Positions 10,314 through 18,560 of a stretch of DNA of 64,000 nucleotides are shown piece after piece. Positions within the stretch are counted from its first letter, which is position 1, and every line of letters begins with the position of its first letter. This DNA is from a bacterium (GTDB taxonomy: Bacteria > Patescibacteriota > Minisyncoccia > Phycocordibacterales > UBA5272), in NCBI GenBank assembly GCA_023267635.1, contig JAHFMX010000001.1:83165-147164 (forward strand). The letters are read 5' to 3'. The translations under genes and the position numbers were made by a program. Under the pieces are notes generated by a model. The model saw nothing but the letters and a program-made list of their open reading frames with translations. It was not told the DNA's origin and did no database searches.

Positions 10314-10388
10314 GGGGGTTTCTCACCTCCTGCATCACTCGGTATTACACCGCTTTGATGCGGGTCCGAGAAACCTCCTTTTCCTTTT
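10314..10388 (+). terminator. long-stem terminator / structured 3' element
   Basis: GGGGGTTTCTC (10314-10324) pairs with GAGAAACCTCC (10368-10378), enclosing an inner hairpin GCATCA..TGATGC, followed by a TTTTCCTTTT tract. Confidence 0.45.
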
Positions 10389-10405
10389 CCCCAATAAAGC
10401 TGGTA

Positions 10406-10422
10406 ATTCCTTGCAAAGGAAT
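10406..10422. promoter_or_regulatory. 17-bp perfect palindrome ATTCCTTGCAAAGGAAT overlapping the -35 of the pilin-like gene promoter
   Basis: 7-bp arms ATTCCTT/AAGGAAT around GCA; overlaps TTGCAA -35. Confidence 0.5.
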
Positions 10423-10438
10423 GGGAGAGCGCTATACT
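10411..10438 (+). promoter_or_regulatory. sigma70-like promoter TTGCAA-16-TATACT
   Basis: -35 TTGCAA 10411-10416, -10 TATACT 10433-10438, 16-nt spacer, 22 nt before the ATG at 10461. Confidence 0.5.
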
Positions 10439-10460
10439 TTATATATACATAATAAATAAT

Positions 10461-10862
10461 ATGAAAAAAGCTTTACAAAGAATTTCTGTCGCAGTGGGGG
10501 TTATGGCAACAAGTGTTTCACTTGCATTTGCTCAAATTACAATTGGAATCGGAACACAGCAGGGTCAGGTAAATGGTGGAGCGCTCCTCCAACTCCTTTC
10601 ACTCGCTCAAGAGATCATGAGTCGCCTTGTGCCGTTTGCTGTTACGCTCGCGGTGCTCGCGTTCTTCTGGTTCCTTATCAAGTTCATCTTTAAGTCTGGT
10701 GATGCTACAGGAAGAGCTGATTCACTTAAAGGTATGGGATTTTCTATCCTTGCACTTTTCGTGATGGTTTCTATTTGGGGTATTATCGGACTTCTCGGTT
10801 CTATCGTTGGAGTTGGACAAGGTGGAAATATTCCAATCCCAGGAGTTCCACGACCTAACTAA
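10461..10862 (+). CDS. T4SS pilin-like protein (VirB2/TrbC family topology)
   Basis: 133 aa; signal peptide MKKALQRISVAVGVMATSVSLAFA; two hydrophobic helices separated by KSGDATGRADSLKG; shares G-D-A-T..K..G..LFVM.S.WGII with the 8171 gene. Confidence 0.55.
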   Translation: MKKALQRISVAVGVMATSVSLAFAQITIGIGTQQGQVNGGALLQLLSLAQEIMSRLVPFAVTLAVLAFFWFLIKFIFKSGDATGRADSLKGMGFSILALFVMVSIWGIIGLLGSIVGVGQGGNIPIPGVPRPN

Positions 10863-10896
10863 TCTCAGAACTTTTTACAGATTTTCTTTGTACAAA

Positions 10897-10925
10897 CAAA
10901 ACACCCTCGAAAGAGGGTGTTTTGT
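10897..10925 (+). terminator. intrinsic terminator
   Basis: ACACCCTC-GAAA-GAGGGTGT perfect 8-bp stem followed by TTTTGTT. Confidence 0.65.
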
Positions 10926-10975
10926 TATATATACTCATGTATACTTATATACAATTACAAACAATCATATTACCT

Positions 10976-11227
10976 ATGTCTGGAGAACAAATTTTATCAA
11001 ACGTCGTTACTGAAATCTTCAGCCCGCTCTACCAAGCTGTTGTCGGTGTCGCTATTCTTTATTTTCTCTACGGTGTAGCAAAATATGTTCTTGATCTTAA
11101 TAATCCAGAAAAGCAGACATTTGGAAAGAGTCATCTTTTATGGGGAATGGTTGGACTCTTTATTATTCTTTCAGTCGGAGGGATATTAAGTGCTCTTAAT
11201 GAGTCACTTGGCGGAATGTTTAAATAA
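10976..11227 (+). CDS. T4SS pilin-like small membrane protein (paralog)
   Basis: 83 aa from ATG 10976 (the ORF track starts 10922); ILYFLYGVAKYVLDLNNPEKQTFGKSHLLWGMVGLFIILSVGGIL matches the helix-loop-helix pattern of the paralogs; no cleavable signal peptide evident. Confidence 0.45.
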   Translation: MSGEQILSNVVTEIFSPLYQAVVGVAILYFLYGVAKYVLDLNNPEKQTFGKSHLLWGMVGLFIILSVGGILSALNESLGGMFK

Positions 11228-11255
11228 AAAGCTAGTGTGCTAGAATGAGCAACAT

Positions 11256-12647
11256 ATGAACGGAACTGACATGAATGCAATGGAAAAAATCGTATCGCTT
11301 TGTAAGCGTCGAGGTTTTATTTTCCCTGGGTCTGAAATCTATGGAGGACTTGCTGGAACATTTGATTACGGGCCTCTTGGTGTATTACTCAAGAATAATA
11401 TTGAAAATAGTTGGTGGGATCATTTTGTTACCAATCGAGATGATATGTATGGAATTGACGCTGCTATTTTGATGAATCCACGAGCGTGGGAAGCAAGCGG
11501 GCACGTTGGAGGATTTTCTGATCCATTGGTTGAAGATCTTGAAACAAAGAAAAGATACCGAGCTGATCACCTTCTTGAAGCAAGTGGACACAGCGCCCTT
11601 GGCTTGAATCTTGAGGAACTTAATTCAAAAATCCAGGCACTAGCATTAGCTGGAAAGTTAGAAAATTCAGAGGGAACGGTGTTAAAGAAAATTGGCGAGG
11701 TACGACAGTTTAATATGATGTTTAAGACCCAAGTTGGAGCTACTGAAGATCCAACATCAATTTCCTATTTACGCCCAGAAACAGCAGGTGGTATGTTTGT
11801 TAATTTTAAAAATGTTGTTGATAGTTTCCACCCGAAACTTCCATTTGGTCTCGCTCAGATTGGAAAAGCATTCCGCAATGAAATTGCTCCTCGTGATTTT
11901 ATTTTTCGTCTACGAGAACTTGGACAGATGGAGATCGAATATTTTTGTCACCCTTCTAAATGGGAAGAGAGATTTGAACATCTTCGCACCGAGTTTCTTA
12001 CATGGATGATTTCTATTGGATTACCAGAATCAAAAATACATGAAGTGGAAATTGGGGATGGGGACAGAGCTCACTATAGTAAACGCACAATTGATTTTGA
12101 ATTTGATTTTCCTATGGGGCAGAAAGAACTTGCGGGGCTAGCTTACCGTACAGACTTTGATTTGAAGGCGCATAGCGAATACAGCAAAACTGACCTTTCT
12201 TATTTTGATGAAGAAACAAAAGAGCGATTTATTCCACACTGTATTGAACCATCTATTGGAATTGAGAGAACATTTCTTGCTGTTCTTTCGTCTGCGTATA
12301 ATGAAGAAGAGATTGACGGAGAAATTAGAACAGTGCTTCGTTTTAATCCAAAAGTTGCTCCAATCCAGATCGCGGTGCTCCCACTTTCGAAAAAAGAAGA
12401 ACTTTCAGTTCCTGCAGAAAAAATTGCTAAAGATCTTAAAAAGATTGCACGAGTGTCATATGATGAAACGCAGTCAATTGGAAAGCGATATCGTCGTCAG
12501 GATGAAATTGGTACACCATTTTGCGTGACCGTTGACTTCGATACGCTCACTGATAACGCCGTAACAGTCCGTGATCGCGATACGATGGAACAAGTCCGTA
12601 TCCCAGTGGCTGATTTAGCTTCTTATTTTTCAGATAAACTTGTTTAA
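11256..12647 (+). CDS. glyQS: glycine--tRNA ligase (dimeric class II form)
   Basis: 463 aa; KRRGFIFPGSEIYGGLAGTFDYGPLG and class II motifs; extended -10 TGCTAGAAT 9 nt upstream of ATG. Confidence 0.9.
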   Translation: MNGTDMNAMEKIVSLCKRRGFIFPGSEIYGGLAGTFDYGPLGVLLKNNIENSWWDHFVTNRDDMYGIDAAILMNPRAWEASGHVGGFSDPLVEDLETKKRYRADHLLEASGHSALGLNLEELNSKIQALALAGKLENSEGTVLKKIGEVRQFNMMFKTQVGATEDPTSISYLRPETAGGMFVNFKNVVDSFHPKLPFGLAQIGKAFRNEIAPRDFIFRLRELGQMEIEYFCHPSKWEERFEHLRTEFLTWMISIGLPESKIHEVEIGDGDRAHYSKRTIDFEFDFPMGQKELAGLAYRTDFDLKAHSEYSKTDLSYFDEETKERFIPHCIEPSIGIERTFLAVLSSAYNEEEIDGEIRTVLRFNPKVAPIQIAVLPLSKKEELSVPAEKIAKDLKKIARVSYDETQSIGKRYRRQDEIGTPFCVTVDFDTLTDNAVTVRDRDTMEQVRIPVADLASYFSDKLV

Positions 12648-12692
12648 GCGGTGGTTGCGTAGAGTTAAGAAATACTGTATAATATACACATT

Positions 12693-12854
12693 ATGGCAAA
12701 AGGACAGGATAATCTCATCCAATTAAAAAACAAGGAAACAGGCGAAGTCTACTGGACTTCAAAGAACAAGAAGCTTGTTACTCGAAAGATTGAACTTAAG
12801 AAGTATTCAAAGAAACTTCGTAAGCACATTACTTTCAAGGAAACAAAGAAGTAG
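12693..12854 (+). CDS. rpmG: 50S ribosomal protein L33
   Basis: 53-aa ORF MAKGQDNLIQLKNKETGEVYWTSKNKKLVTRKIELKKYSKKLRKHITFKETKK matches the L33 pattern MAKG...T.KNK......ELKKY......H..FKE.K; missed by the ORF track because under 60 aa. Confidence 0.75.
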   Translation: MAKGQDNLIQLKNKETGEVYWTSKNKKLVTRKIELKKYSKKLRKHITFKETKK

Positions 12855-12863
12855 TAGTCCCTA

Positions 12864-12892
12864 AAAATCACTGTCCAAAACAGTGATTTTTT
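12864..12892 (+). terminator. intrinsic terminator after rpmG
   Basis: AAAATCACTGT-CCAAA-ACAGTGATTTT then TT. Confidence 0.65.
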
Positions 12893-13061
12893 GTTAGTAT
12901 TCAGTGGTTGGAAGAAAAGCACTGTGTAGCATAGGGATGAGGCCCTGAAGCGAGTGTGTAGTTGTTCCCTTCAATGGGAATGGTTCATGCTATCGCATCG
13001 CCAGATGCCGTGGAGCCGCAATATGAAATACTCCCCTGTGGTTTTCTTTCAACACCACTTT

Positions 13062-13132
13062 GGGCCTATAGTTTAATGGTAGAACAACGGCCTCCAAATC
13101 CGTTGGTCGAAGTTCGATTCTTCGTGGGCCCG
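13062..13132 (+). tRNA. trnW: tRNA-Trp (anticodon CCA)
   Basis: Cloverleaf: acceptor GGGCCTA/TGGGCCC, D-arm GTTT-AATGGTA-GAAC, anticodon loop CTCCAAA (U33, CCA at 34-36), T-arm CGAAG-TTCGATT-CTTCG; 71 nt; classic rpmG-tRNA-Trp neighbourhood. Confidence 0.8.
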
Positions 13133-13218
13133 CTGAAATAAAAATACTGCACGCACTGTGCGGTGTTTTTATTTGTATTCCCCAGAGCATTTTTCTAAAA
13201 CAGGTTATACTTTAAAGC

Positions 13219-14274
13219 ATGGATAAAAAACTTCGTGTTGGTATTAATGGATTTGGTCGCATTGGTCGCGCTTTCTTTAAAGTTGCTGCACTTAGGGACG
13301 ATATGGAAGTTGTAGCAGTAAATGATTTAGGGGACATTCACAATCTCGCGTATCTTCTTCAGTACGACACAGTCTACAAAGTTGCGCCATATGACGTGCA
13401 AGCAGAGATTCATGACACCGAGCAATACCTCACAACTGGAGGTTCATTTGAATCACGTGTGCGAGTGTTTCAGGAAAAAGACCCTGCCGCTATTCCATGG
13501 GGAACACTTGATGTAGATGTTGTAGTTGAATCAACTGGACTCTTTACAGCGTATGACAAAGCTTCAGCTCATCTGAAAGGTGGAGCTAAAGCAGTTGTTA
13601 TTTCTGCTCCAGCAAAAGCAGGAGAAGATGAAAGTGTTAAAGGGGAAACAATTCTTCTTGGAGTGAATGAAGAAAAATTTGGAACATGCTCTGTTACTTC
13701 AAATGCGTCATGTACAACAAATGCTTCTTCTCCAATCATTGCGATTCTTGATGAGGCACTTGGTATTGAGAAAGCTATTTTAAATACTGTGCACTCTTAC
13801 ACTGCATCACAATCAATCGTGGACGGTCCAAATAAAAAAGATTTTCGTGAAGGTCGTGCAGCAGCACAGAATATTGTCCCATCATCCACGGGGGCGGCAA
13901 TTGCAGTAACAAAAGCATTCACATCGTTAGTTGGACTCTTCGACGGTATTTCAATCCGTGTACCAACTCCAGCAGGCTCGATTGCAGATATTACCTTTAT
14001 CTCAAAACGACCCACAACAGCTGAAGAAGTTAATAAGATATTACAAGATGCTGCAGCAACTGAGCGATGGTCTTCTATTTTCCAAGCTACAGAAGAGGAA
14101 CTTGTTTCAAGTGATATCATCGGACTTCCTTTTGCTTCTATTGCAGATCTTAAAATGACTCGCGTGGTTGGTGGTAACCTTGTTAAGGTTCTTGCGTGGT
14201 ATGACAATGAAATGGGGTATACGCATACTTTAGTAGAACATGTGCATCGTGTAGGGCAAAAGTTGGTCAAATAG
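13219..14274 (+). CDS. gap: glyceraldehyde-3-phosphate dehydrogenase
   Basis: RVGINGFGRIGRAFF N-terminus, SNASCTTN active-site region; TATACT 7 nt before ATG. Confidence 0.9.
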   Translation: MDKKLRVGINGFGRIGRAFFKVAALRDDMEVVAVNDLGDIHNLAYLLQYDTVYKVAPYDVQAEIHDTEQYLTTGGSFESRVRVFQEKDPAAIPWGTLDVDVVVESTGLFTAYDKASAHLKGGAKAVVISAPAKAGEDESVKGETILLGVNEEKFGTCSVTSNASCTTNASSPIIAILDEALGIEKAILNTVHSYTASQSIVDGPNKKDFREGRAAAQNIVPSSTGAAIAVTKAFTSLVGLFDGISIRVPTPAGSIADITFISKRPTTAEEVNKILQDAAATERWSSIFQATEEELVSSDIIGLPFASIADLKMTRVVGGNLVKVLAWYDNEMGYTHTLVEHVHRVGQKLVK

Positions 14275-14298
14275 GGCCTTTACAGACAGTGTCTATAG

Positions 14299-14396
14299 AA
14301 TTTTCAATTTCTAGTTTTCAATTTTCAATAAAAATCTAATGTAAACAATTAAAACATTATATATTGATTAGAAATTTAAAATTCCAAATTTAAAAT
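14299..14396. repeat. AT-rich intergenic repeat (TTTTCAATTT / GATTAGAAATT family)
   Basis: ttttcaatttctagttttcaattttcaat...attgattagaaatttaaaattccaaatttaaaattagc; copies in both orientations at 40141-40210, 46942-47058, 56006-56110, 57443-57486, 57848-57902, 61836-61952, 63150-63189, 63570-63622. Confidence 0.75.
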
Positions 14397-14417
14397 TAGC
14401 CTGCTATACTATTTCAT

Positions 14418-14885
14418 ATGACAACTATCTATTTGGCTACAGATCATGCGGGCTATGAATTAAAAGAAGCAATTAAAGCGTGCCTTGAAACAACCGAGAA
14501 TTACGAAGTCTATGACTGTGGGGCGCTCACTCTAGAGCCAGGGGATAACTATCCAGAGTATATGGCTCGTGCGGCAGAGAAGGTGCAGTACGATTCGATG
14601 CATGATCCATCGGTCGCTATTATTTTTGGAGGTTCGGGAGTAGGGGAAGCTATTGTTGCGAATCGTTATGCTCATGTGCGCGCTGTCGTCTACGCTGGAG
14701 GACCACTCGATGTCATCAAGGTATCACGTGAACATAATGATACAAATGTGCTTTCTTTAGGTGCTCGTTTTGTTTCAGGAAGTGAAGCTAAACAAGCGGT
14801 AGATCTTTTTCTTACGACGCTCTTCTCTCATGATGAACGACATGCTGATCGAGTAATTCAGATCGACGAGGTAACAAGTAAGTAG
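14418..14885 (+). CDS. rpiB: ribose-5-phosphate isomerase B
   Basis: 155 aa; MTTIYLATDHAGYELKEAI is typical of the RpiB/LacAB family; TATACT 7 nt before ATG. Confidence 0.85.
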   Translation: MTTIYLATDHAGYELKEAIKACLETTENYEVYDCGALTLEPGDNYPEYMARAAEKVQYDSMHDPSVAIIFGGSGVGEAIVANRYAHVRAVVYAGGPLDVIKVSREHNDTNVLSLGARFVSGSEAKQAVDLFLTTLFSHDERHADRVIQIDEVTSK

Positions 14886-14886
14886 T

Positions 14887-15891
14887 ATGGAACATGCACC
14901 ATTTTCTAATCAAGGGTTAGAGCCAGAACGTTTAGAAAAGGAAGAGGGTTTGTGGGTTCAAAAAAGAGAACAAGTAGAAGATTTTCTAAAAAATGAAATA
15001 GATTTTACTGCCATAGGTGACATAATTGGGGAGATGTATTTTAAGTCTCGTCCCGACGCTCCAGAACGAGGACAAGATGATTTACGCAAGTATAGATTTA
15101 GTAATATTTATGATCCAAAGTATGAAGTGCAGTATGTTTATAGTGATAACGGTAAAGCTGTAACAGCTCAGGCTAAAAAGGGGAGAATACATTTCTCAGC
15201 ACGGTCTTTTTTTGAAAATAACGAACTGAATCGAGCGTTGCTGCTTCATGTAACTATTCATGAATTATGCCACCTCGCTTCTTTAACGGTTTCTTTTGAC
15301 TCAAAAACAGAACGCACGCAATTGAGCGGAGTATCATCCGTAACATATAATGTTCAAGCGTTAAGAGAGGATACTGTAGAGGGAAAAGATAAAGAATTAG
15401 AAGTATTATTTAGTGGGCTTAACGAAGGAATTACTGAGTTCGTTTCAGATGCGGTGTATAGTGAATACCTTGCGCGAACTGGTAAAGTTTTGGAAACTGT
15501 ATACCAAAAAGGATTTGTAACTAACGAGGTTCATGGTTTGATTGAAACACCAGTAACATATTATGATGAAAGAATTGCAGCTTACGAATTAATTGAAAAG
15601 ATAAGTCAGGAAAGTGAACTACCCATGGAGACCGTAACAGAAGGTTTCGTTCAAGCCTATTTAAGGAATGAACGACTTGATTCAGAAGACTTGTTAAGTT
15701 TTTTTGATGAAGATTCAAAAGCTGTATTATTTTTGAATAAATTAAAAGGTAATGATATTGCAAAACATGAGCACGATAAACAGCGTTTTTTGGTAGATAT
15801 TTTACCTAATACAGAAAGGATTTTTGTAAAGGCTTTATTTGGTAGAGATGTGGTTGGGACGTATAATAAGAATATAATAGAGTCTCTATAA
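14887..15891 (+). CDS. hypothetical protein with HExxH zinc-metallopeptidase motif
   Basis: 334 aa; HVTIHELCH motif; start 1 nt after the rpiB stop; no other recognisable domain. Confidence 0.45.
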   Translation: MEHAPFSNQGLEPERLEKEEGLWVQKREQVEDFLKNEIDFTAIGDIIGEMYFKSRPDAPERGQDDLRKYRFSNIYDPKYEVQYVYSDNGKAVTAQAKKGRIHFSARSFFENNELNRALLLHVTIHELCHLASLTVSFDSKTERTQLSGVSSVTYNVQALREDTVEGKDKELEVLFSGLNEGITEFVSDAVYSEYLARTGKVLETVYQKGFVTNEVHGLIETPVTYYDERIAAYELIEKISQESELPMETVTEGFVQAYLRNERLDSEDLLSFFDEDSKAVLFLNKLKGNDIAKHEHDKQRFLVDILPNTERIFVKALFGRDVVGTYNKNIIESL

Positions 15892-15915
15892 AACTACCAA
15901 CATCTAATTTAGTAT

Positions 15916-16590
15916 ATGAATATCGTCCCTGCAATTCTTACGTATAGTTTTGAAGAAGTGAAAGAAAAACTTTCACGCCTTGAAGGGCTGGTGACACATG
16001 TTCAAATTGATGTGTGTGATGGAGTGTTTGGAATGTATAAAACTTGGCTCCCAGAAGGGGAAGATGGGGCAGAAGTATTATCTTCTGATTTCACGTACCA
16101 GTTCGATGTTATGGTTGATGATTGGCGAGTGTACATTCCACGGTGCCTTGCACATAAAGCTTCTTCTATTGTGGCTCACGTAGATATGTTTTCAGATCAG
16201 GATCTTGCTGATTTAGTTGCCATGGTTTCTCCGGCCACTATACCGCTCGGTATTTCTGTTTCAAATGATAAAGATGTTGAACTGCACGCTGAAGCTATAC
16301 GTAAAATACAAACCATGTACCCAAATGTATTCATTCAGGTAATGGGTATTCCTCATGTGGGCGCGCAGGGTCAGTTCTTTGATGAACAAGCACCAGTCCG
16401 TGTAAAAGCGCTTAAGCAACAATTTAGTAATCTTCTTATTCAAGTTGATGGAGGCATGAGACCAGAAACGGTTGCGTCTGTTGTTCACAGTGGTGCTGAA
16501 ACAGTTGTAGTTGGTTCTTTTTTGTTTGCTTCTTCAGATATTGGGAGTGCGCTTAAAAAATTAGAACTCCTCGAGTGTAATTCTATCTAG
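15916..16590 (+). CDS. rpe: ribulose-phosphate 3-epimerase-like TIM-barrel protein
   Basis: 224 aa; IVPAIL..HVQIDVCDG..; C-terminal QVDGGMRPETVASVVHSGAETVVVGSFLF matches the Rpe phosphate-binding end; lies between rpiB and transketolase. Confidence 0.55.
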   Translation: MNIVPAILTYSFEEVKEKLSRLEGLVTHVQIDVCDGVFGMYKTWLPEGEDGAEVLSSDFTYQFDVMVDDWRVYIPRCLAHKASSIVAHVDMFSDQDLADLVAMVSPATIPLGISVSNDKDVELHAEAIRKIQTMYPNVFIQVMGIPHVGAQGQFFDEQAPVRVKALKQQFSNLLIQVDGGMRPETVASVVHSGAETVVVGSFLFASSDIGSALKKLELLECNSI

Positions 16591-16660
16591 AACAGTGTAG
16601 TGCACATTTTCTGTGAACTAGACGCTCTCGTAAGAGCACCTCACACTGTATACTGTAGGC

Positions 16661-17527
16661 ATGCATTCTCTTACTGATGTTGAAGTTCAAGCGCTCACAC
16701 TTCGTGCAGAGGATATACGTGAAAGTATCGTAAAGATGCTTGTTGAAGCGGGTTCAGGTCATACAGCTGGTCCGCTCGGTATGGCAGATGTTTTTACTGC
16801 GCTTTATTTTAGAATACTTAACCATAATCCGCGTCATCCAGACTGGATTCAGCGTGACCGCGTAATTCTTTCAAATGGACATATTGTTCCTGTGCTCTAT
16901 GCAACTATGGCTCACGCTGGATATTTTTCAGTGTCAGAACTTAAAACGTTACGAAGATTCGGGTCACGTCTGCAAGGGCATCCACATCGAGAAAGTCTAC
17001 CAGGACTTGAAACAACCTCAGGCCCTCTTGGGTGTGGACTTTCTCAAGCAATTGGTATGGCGCTCATGGATCGCCTCGAAGGACACAAGCCAAATCGTTA
17101 TTTCTATTGTTTGATGAGTGACGGAGAATTAGACGAAGGACAAAATTGGGAATCATTGCTTCTTCTTAACAAATACAAGTTAACAAAAGTAATTCCTATT
17201 ATTGATCGCAATACTATTCAAATTGATGGGTACACAGAAGATGTGCTCCCACTGGAATCTCTTAAGGATAAATTAGAGAGTTTTAATTTTCATGTGATAG
17301 AAATTGACGGTCATGATTTTAGAGATATTATGAGAGCTGTTGGAGCTGCTAAAAATTCATTGGATAAACCAACCGTAATCATTGCACACACCATCCCTGG
17401 AAAAGGGGTTACAGCATTTGAAGGTGATTTTAGGTGGCACGGAAAAACTCCGAATGAAGAAGAAGCAAAGAAAGCTTTGAAAGAACTTCGTACATTTAAG
17501 GGGAAGGTACTACACGGAGAAGCTTAA
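16661..17527 (+). CDS. transketolase, N-terminal (TPP-binding) subunit
   Basis: 288 aa; GSGHTAGPLGMADVF, GHPH motifs; TATACT 6 nt before ATG. Confidence 0.85.
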   Translation: MHSLTDVEVQALTLRAEDIRESIVKMLVEAGSGHTAGPLGMADVFTALYFRILNHNPRHPDWIQRDRVILSNGHIVPVLYATMAHAGYFSVSELKTLRRFGSRLQGHPHRESLPGLETTSGPLGCGLSQAIGMALMDRLEGHKPNRYFYCLMSDGELDEGQNWESLLLLNKYKLTKVIPIIDRNTIQIDGYTEDVLPLESLKDKLESFNFHVIEIDGHDFRDIMRAVGAAKNSLDKPTVIIAHTIPGKGVTAFEGDFRWHGKTPNEEEAKKALKELRTFKGKVLHGEA

Positions 17528-17531
17528 TACT

Positions 17532-18518
17532 ATGTTACGAAAAACTTTATTTACAGTCAAAGAAGAAGAGCGAGCCACACGAGATGGTTTTAGTGATGGG
17601 CTTGTACAAGCAGCAGATGATAACTCAAAAGTTGTTGCTCTTTGTGCTGACTTAACAGAGAGTGTACGTATGGAGGCGTTTCGTACAAAGTATCCAAATA
17701 GATTTTTCGAAGTAGGTATTACTGAGCAAGCGATGTCGGGTGTGGCAAGTGGTATGGCTGCGATGGGATATGTTCCTTTCATGGCATCCTACGCCATGTT
17801 TTCTCCCGGAAGAAACTGGGAGCAAATCCGTACCACCATCGCGTACAATAATGTGCCAGTGAAAATAGTTGGAGCTCACACTGGATTATCTGTTGGGCCT
17901 GACGGGGCAACACATCAAGCGCTCGAAGATATAGCGCTCATGCGTATGGTTCCAAATATGGAAGTGTTTGTTCCGTGTGATGCGATTGAAGCAACAGCAA
18001 TCACGCAGCATATTGCAAAAACAGTAAAACCTTCATATCTTCGCCTCACTCGTGAAAAGACACCGCTGATTCTTTCAGACGAATATGAATGGAATGGTGG
18101 CAAGGCATACATCATGTCATTTCCACGACACAAGCATGGAGGGGATTTTATGCATTCAGTGGGGATTATTGCATGTGGTCCTGTTATCTATGAAGCGCTT
18201 AAAGCGGCAAAAGAATTAGAAAAAGAAAATATAGGAGTAACGGTGGTAAATATGCCACAAGTAAAACCACTTGATGGTGGGTTCCTTCTTCGTTTTGCAA
18301 AAGATGTGAAGGCCATTGTTACGGTTGAAGAGGCTCAGACAGCAGGAGGGTTGGGTGGCGCGGTTTCAGAATTTTTAAGTGAACATCATCCAATTCGTAT
18401 TATCCGTGTTGGAGTTGAAGATAGATTTGGACAATCAGGGAAACCACAAGAATTATATGAGGAGTACGGTCTTACAGCAAAACATATTGCTGAAAAAATA
18501 CGATCAGTGATCAGATAG
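17532..18518 (+). CDS. transketolase, C-terminal (pyrimidine-binding) subunit
   Basis: 328 aa; FEVGITEQAMSGVASGMA, transketolase C-domain; immediately follows the N-subunit gene. Confidence 0.85.
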   Translation: MLRKTLFTVKEEERATRDGFSDGLVQAADDNSKVVALCADLTESVRMEAFRTKYPNRFFEVGITEQAMSGVASGMAAMGYVPFMASYAMFSPGRNWEQIRTTIAYNNVPVKIVGAHTGLSVGPDGATHQALEDIALMRMVPNMEVFVPCDAIEATAITQHIAKTVKPSYLRLTREKTPLILSDEYEWNGGKAYIMSFPRHKHGGDFMHSVGIIACGPVIYEALKAAKELEKENIGVTVVNMPQVKPLDGGFLLRFAKDVKAIVTVEEAQTAGGLGGAVSEFLSEHHPIRIIRVGVEDRFGQSGKPQELYEEYGLTAKHIAEKIRSVIR

Positions 18519-18520
18519 AT

Positions 18521-18550
18521 AAAAAGCGCGCCTCATAGGCGCGCTTTTTA
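18521..18550. terminator. bidirectional intrinsic terminator between convergent genes
   Basis: AAAAAGCGCGCC-TCATA-GGCGCGCTTTTT. Confidence 0.7.
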
Positions 18551-18560
18551 TCTGCACTCT

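Noticed and set aside
12990-13190. 66-aa minus-strand ORF
   Set aside because: Overlaps the tRNA-Trp gene on the opposite strand; no coding signal
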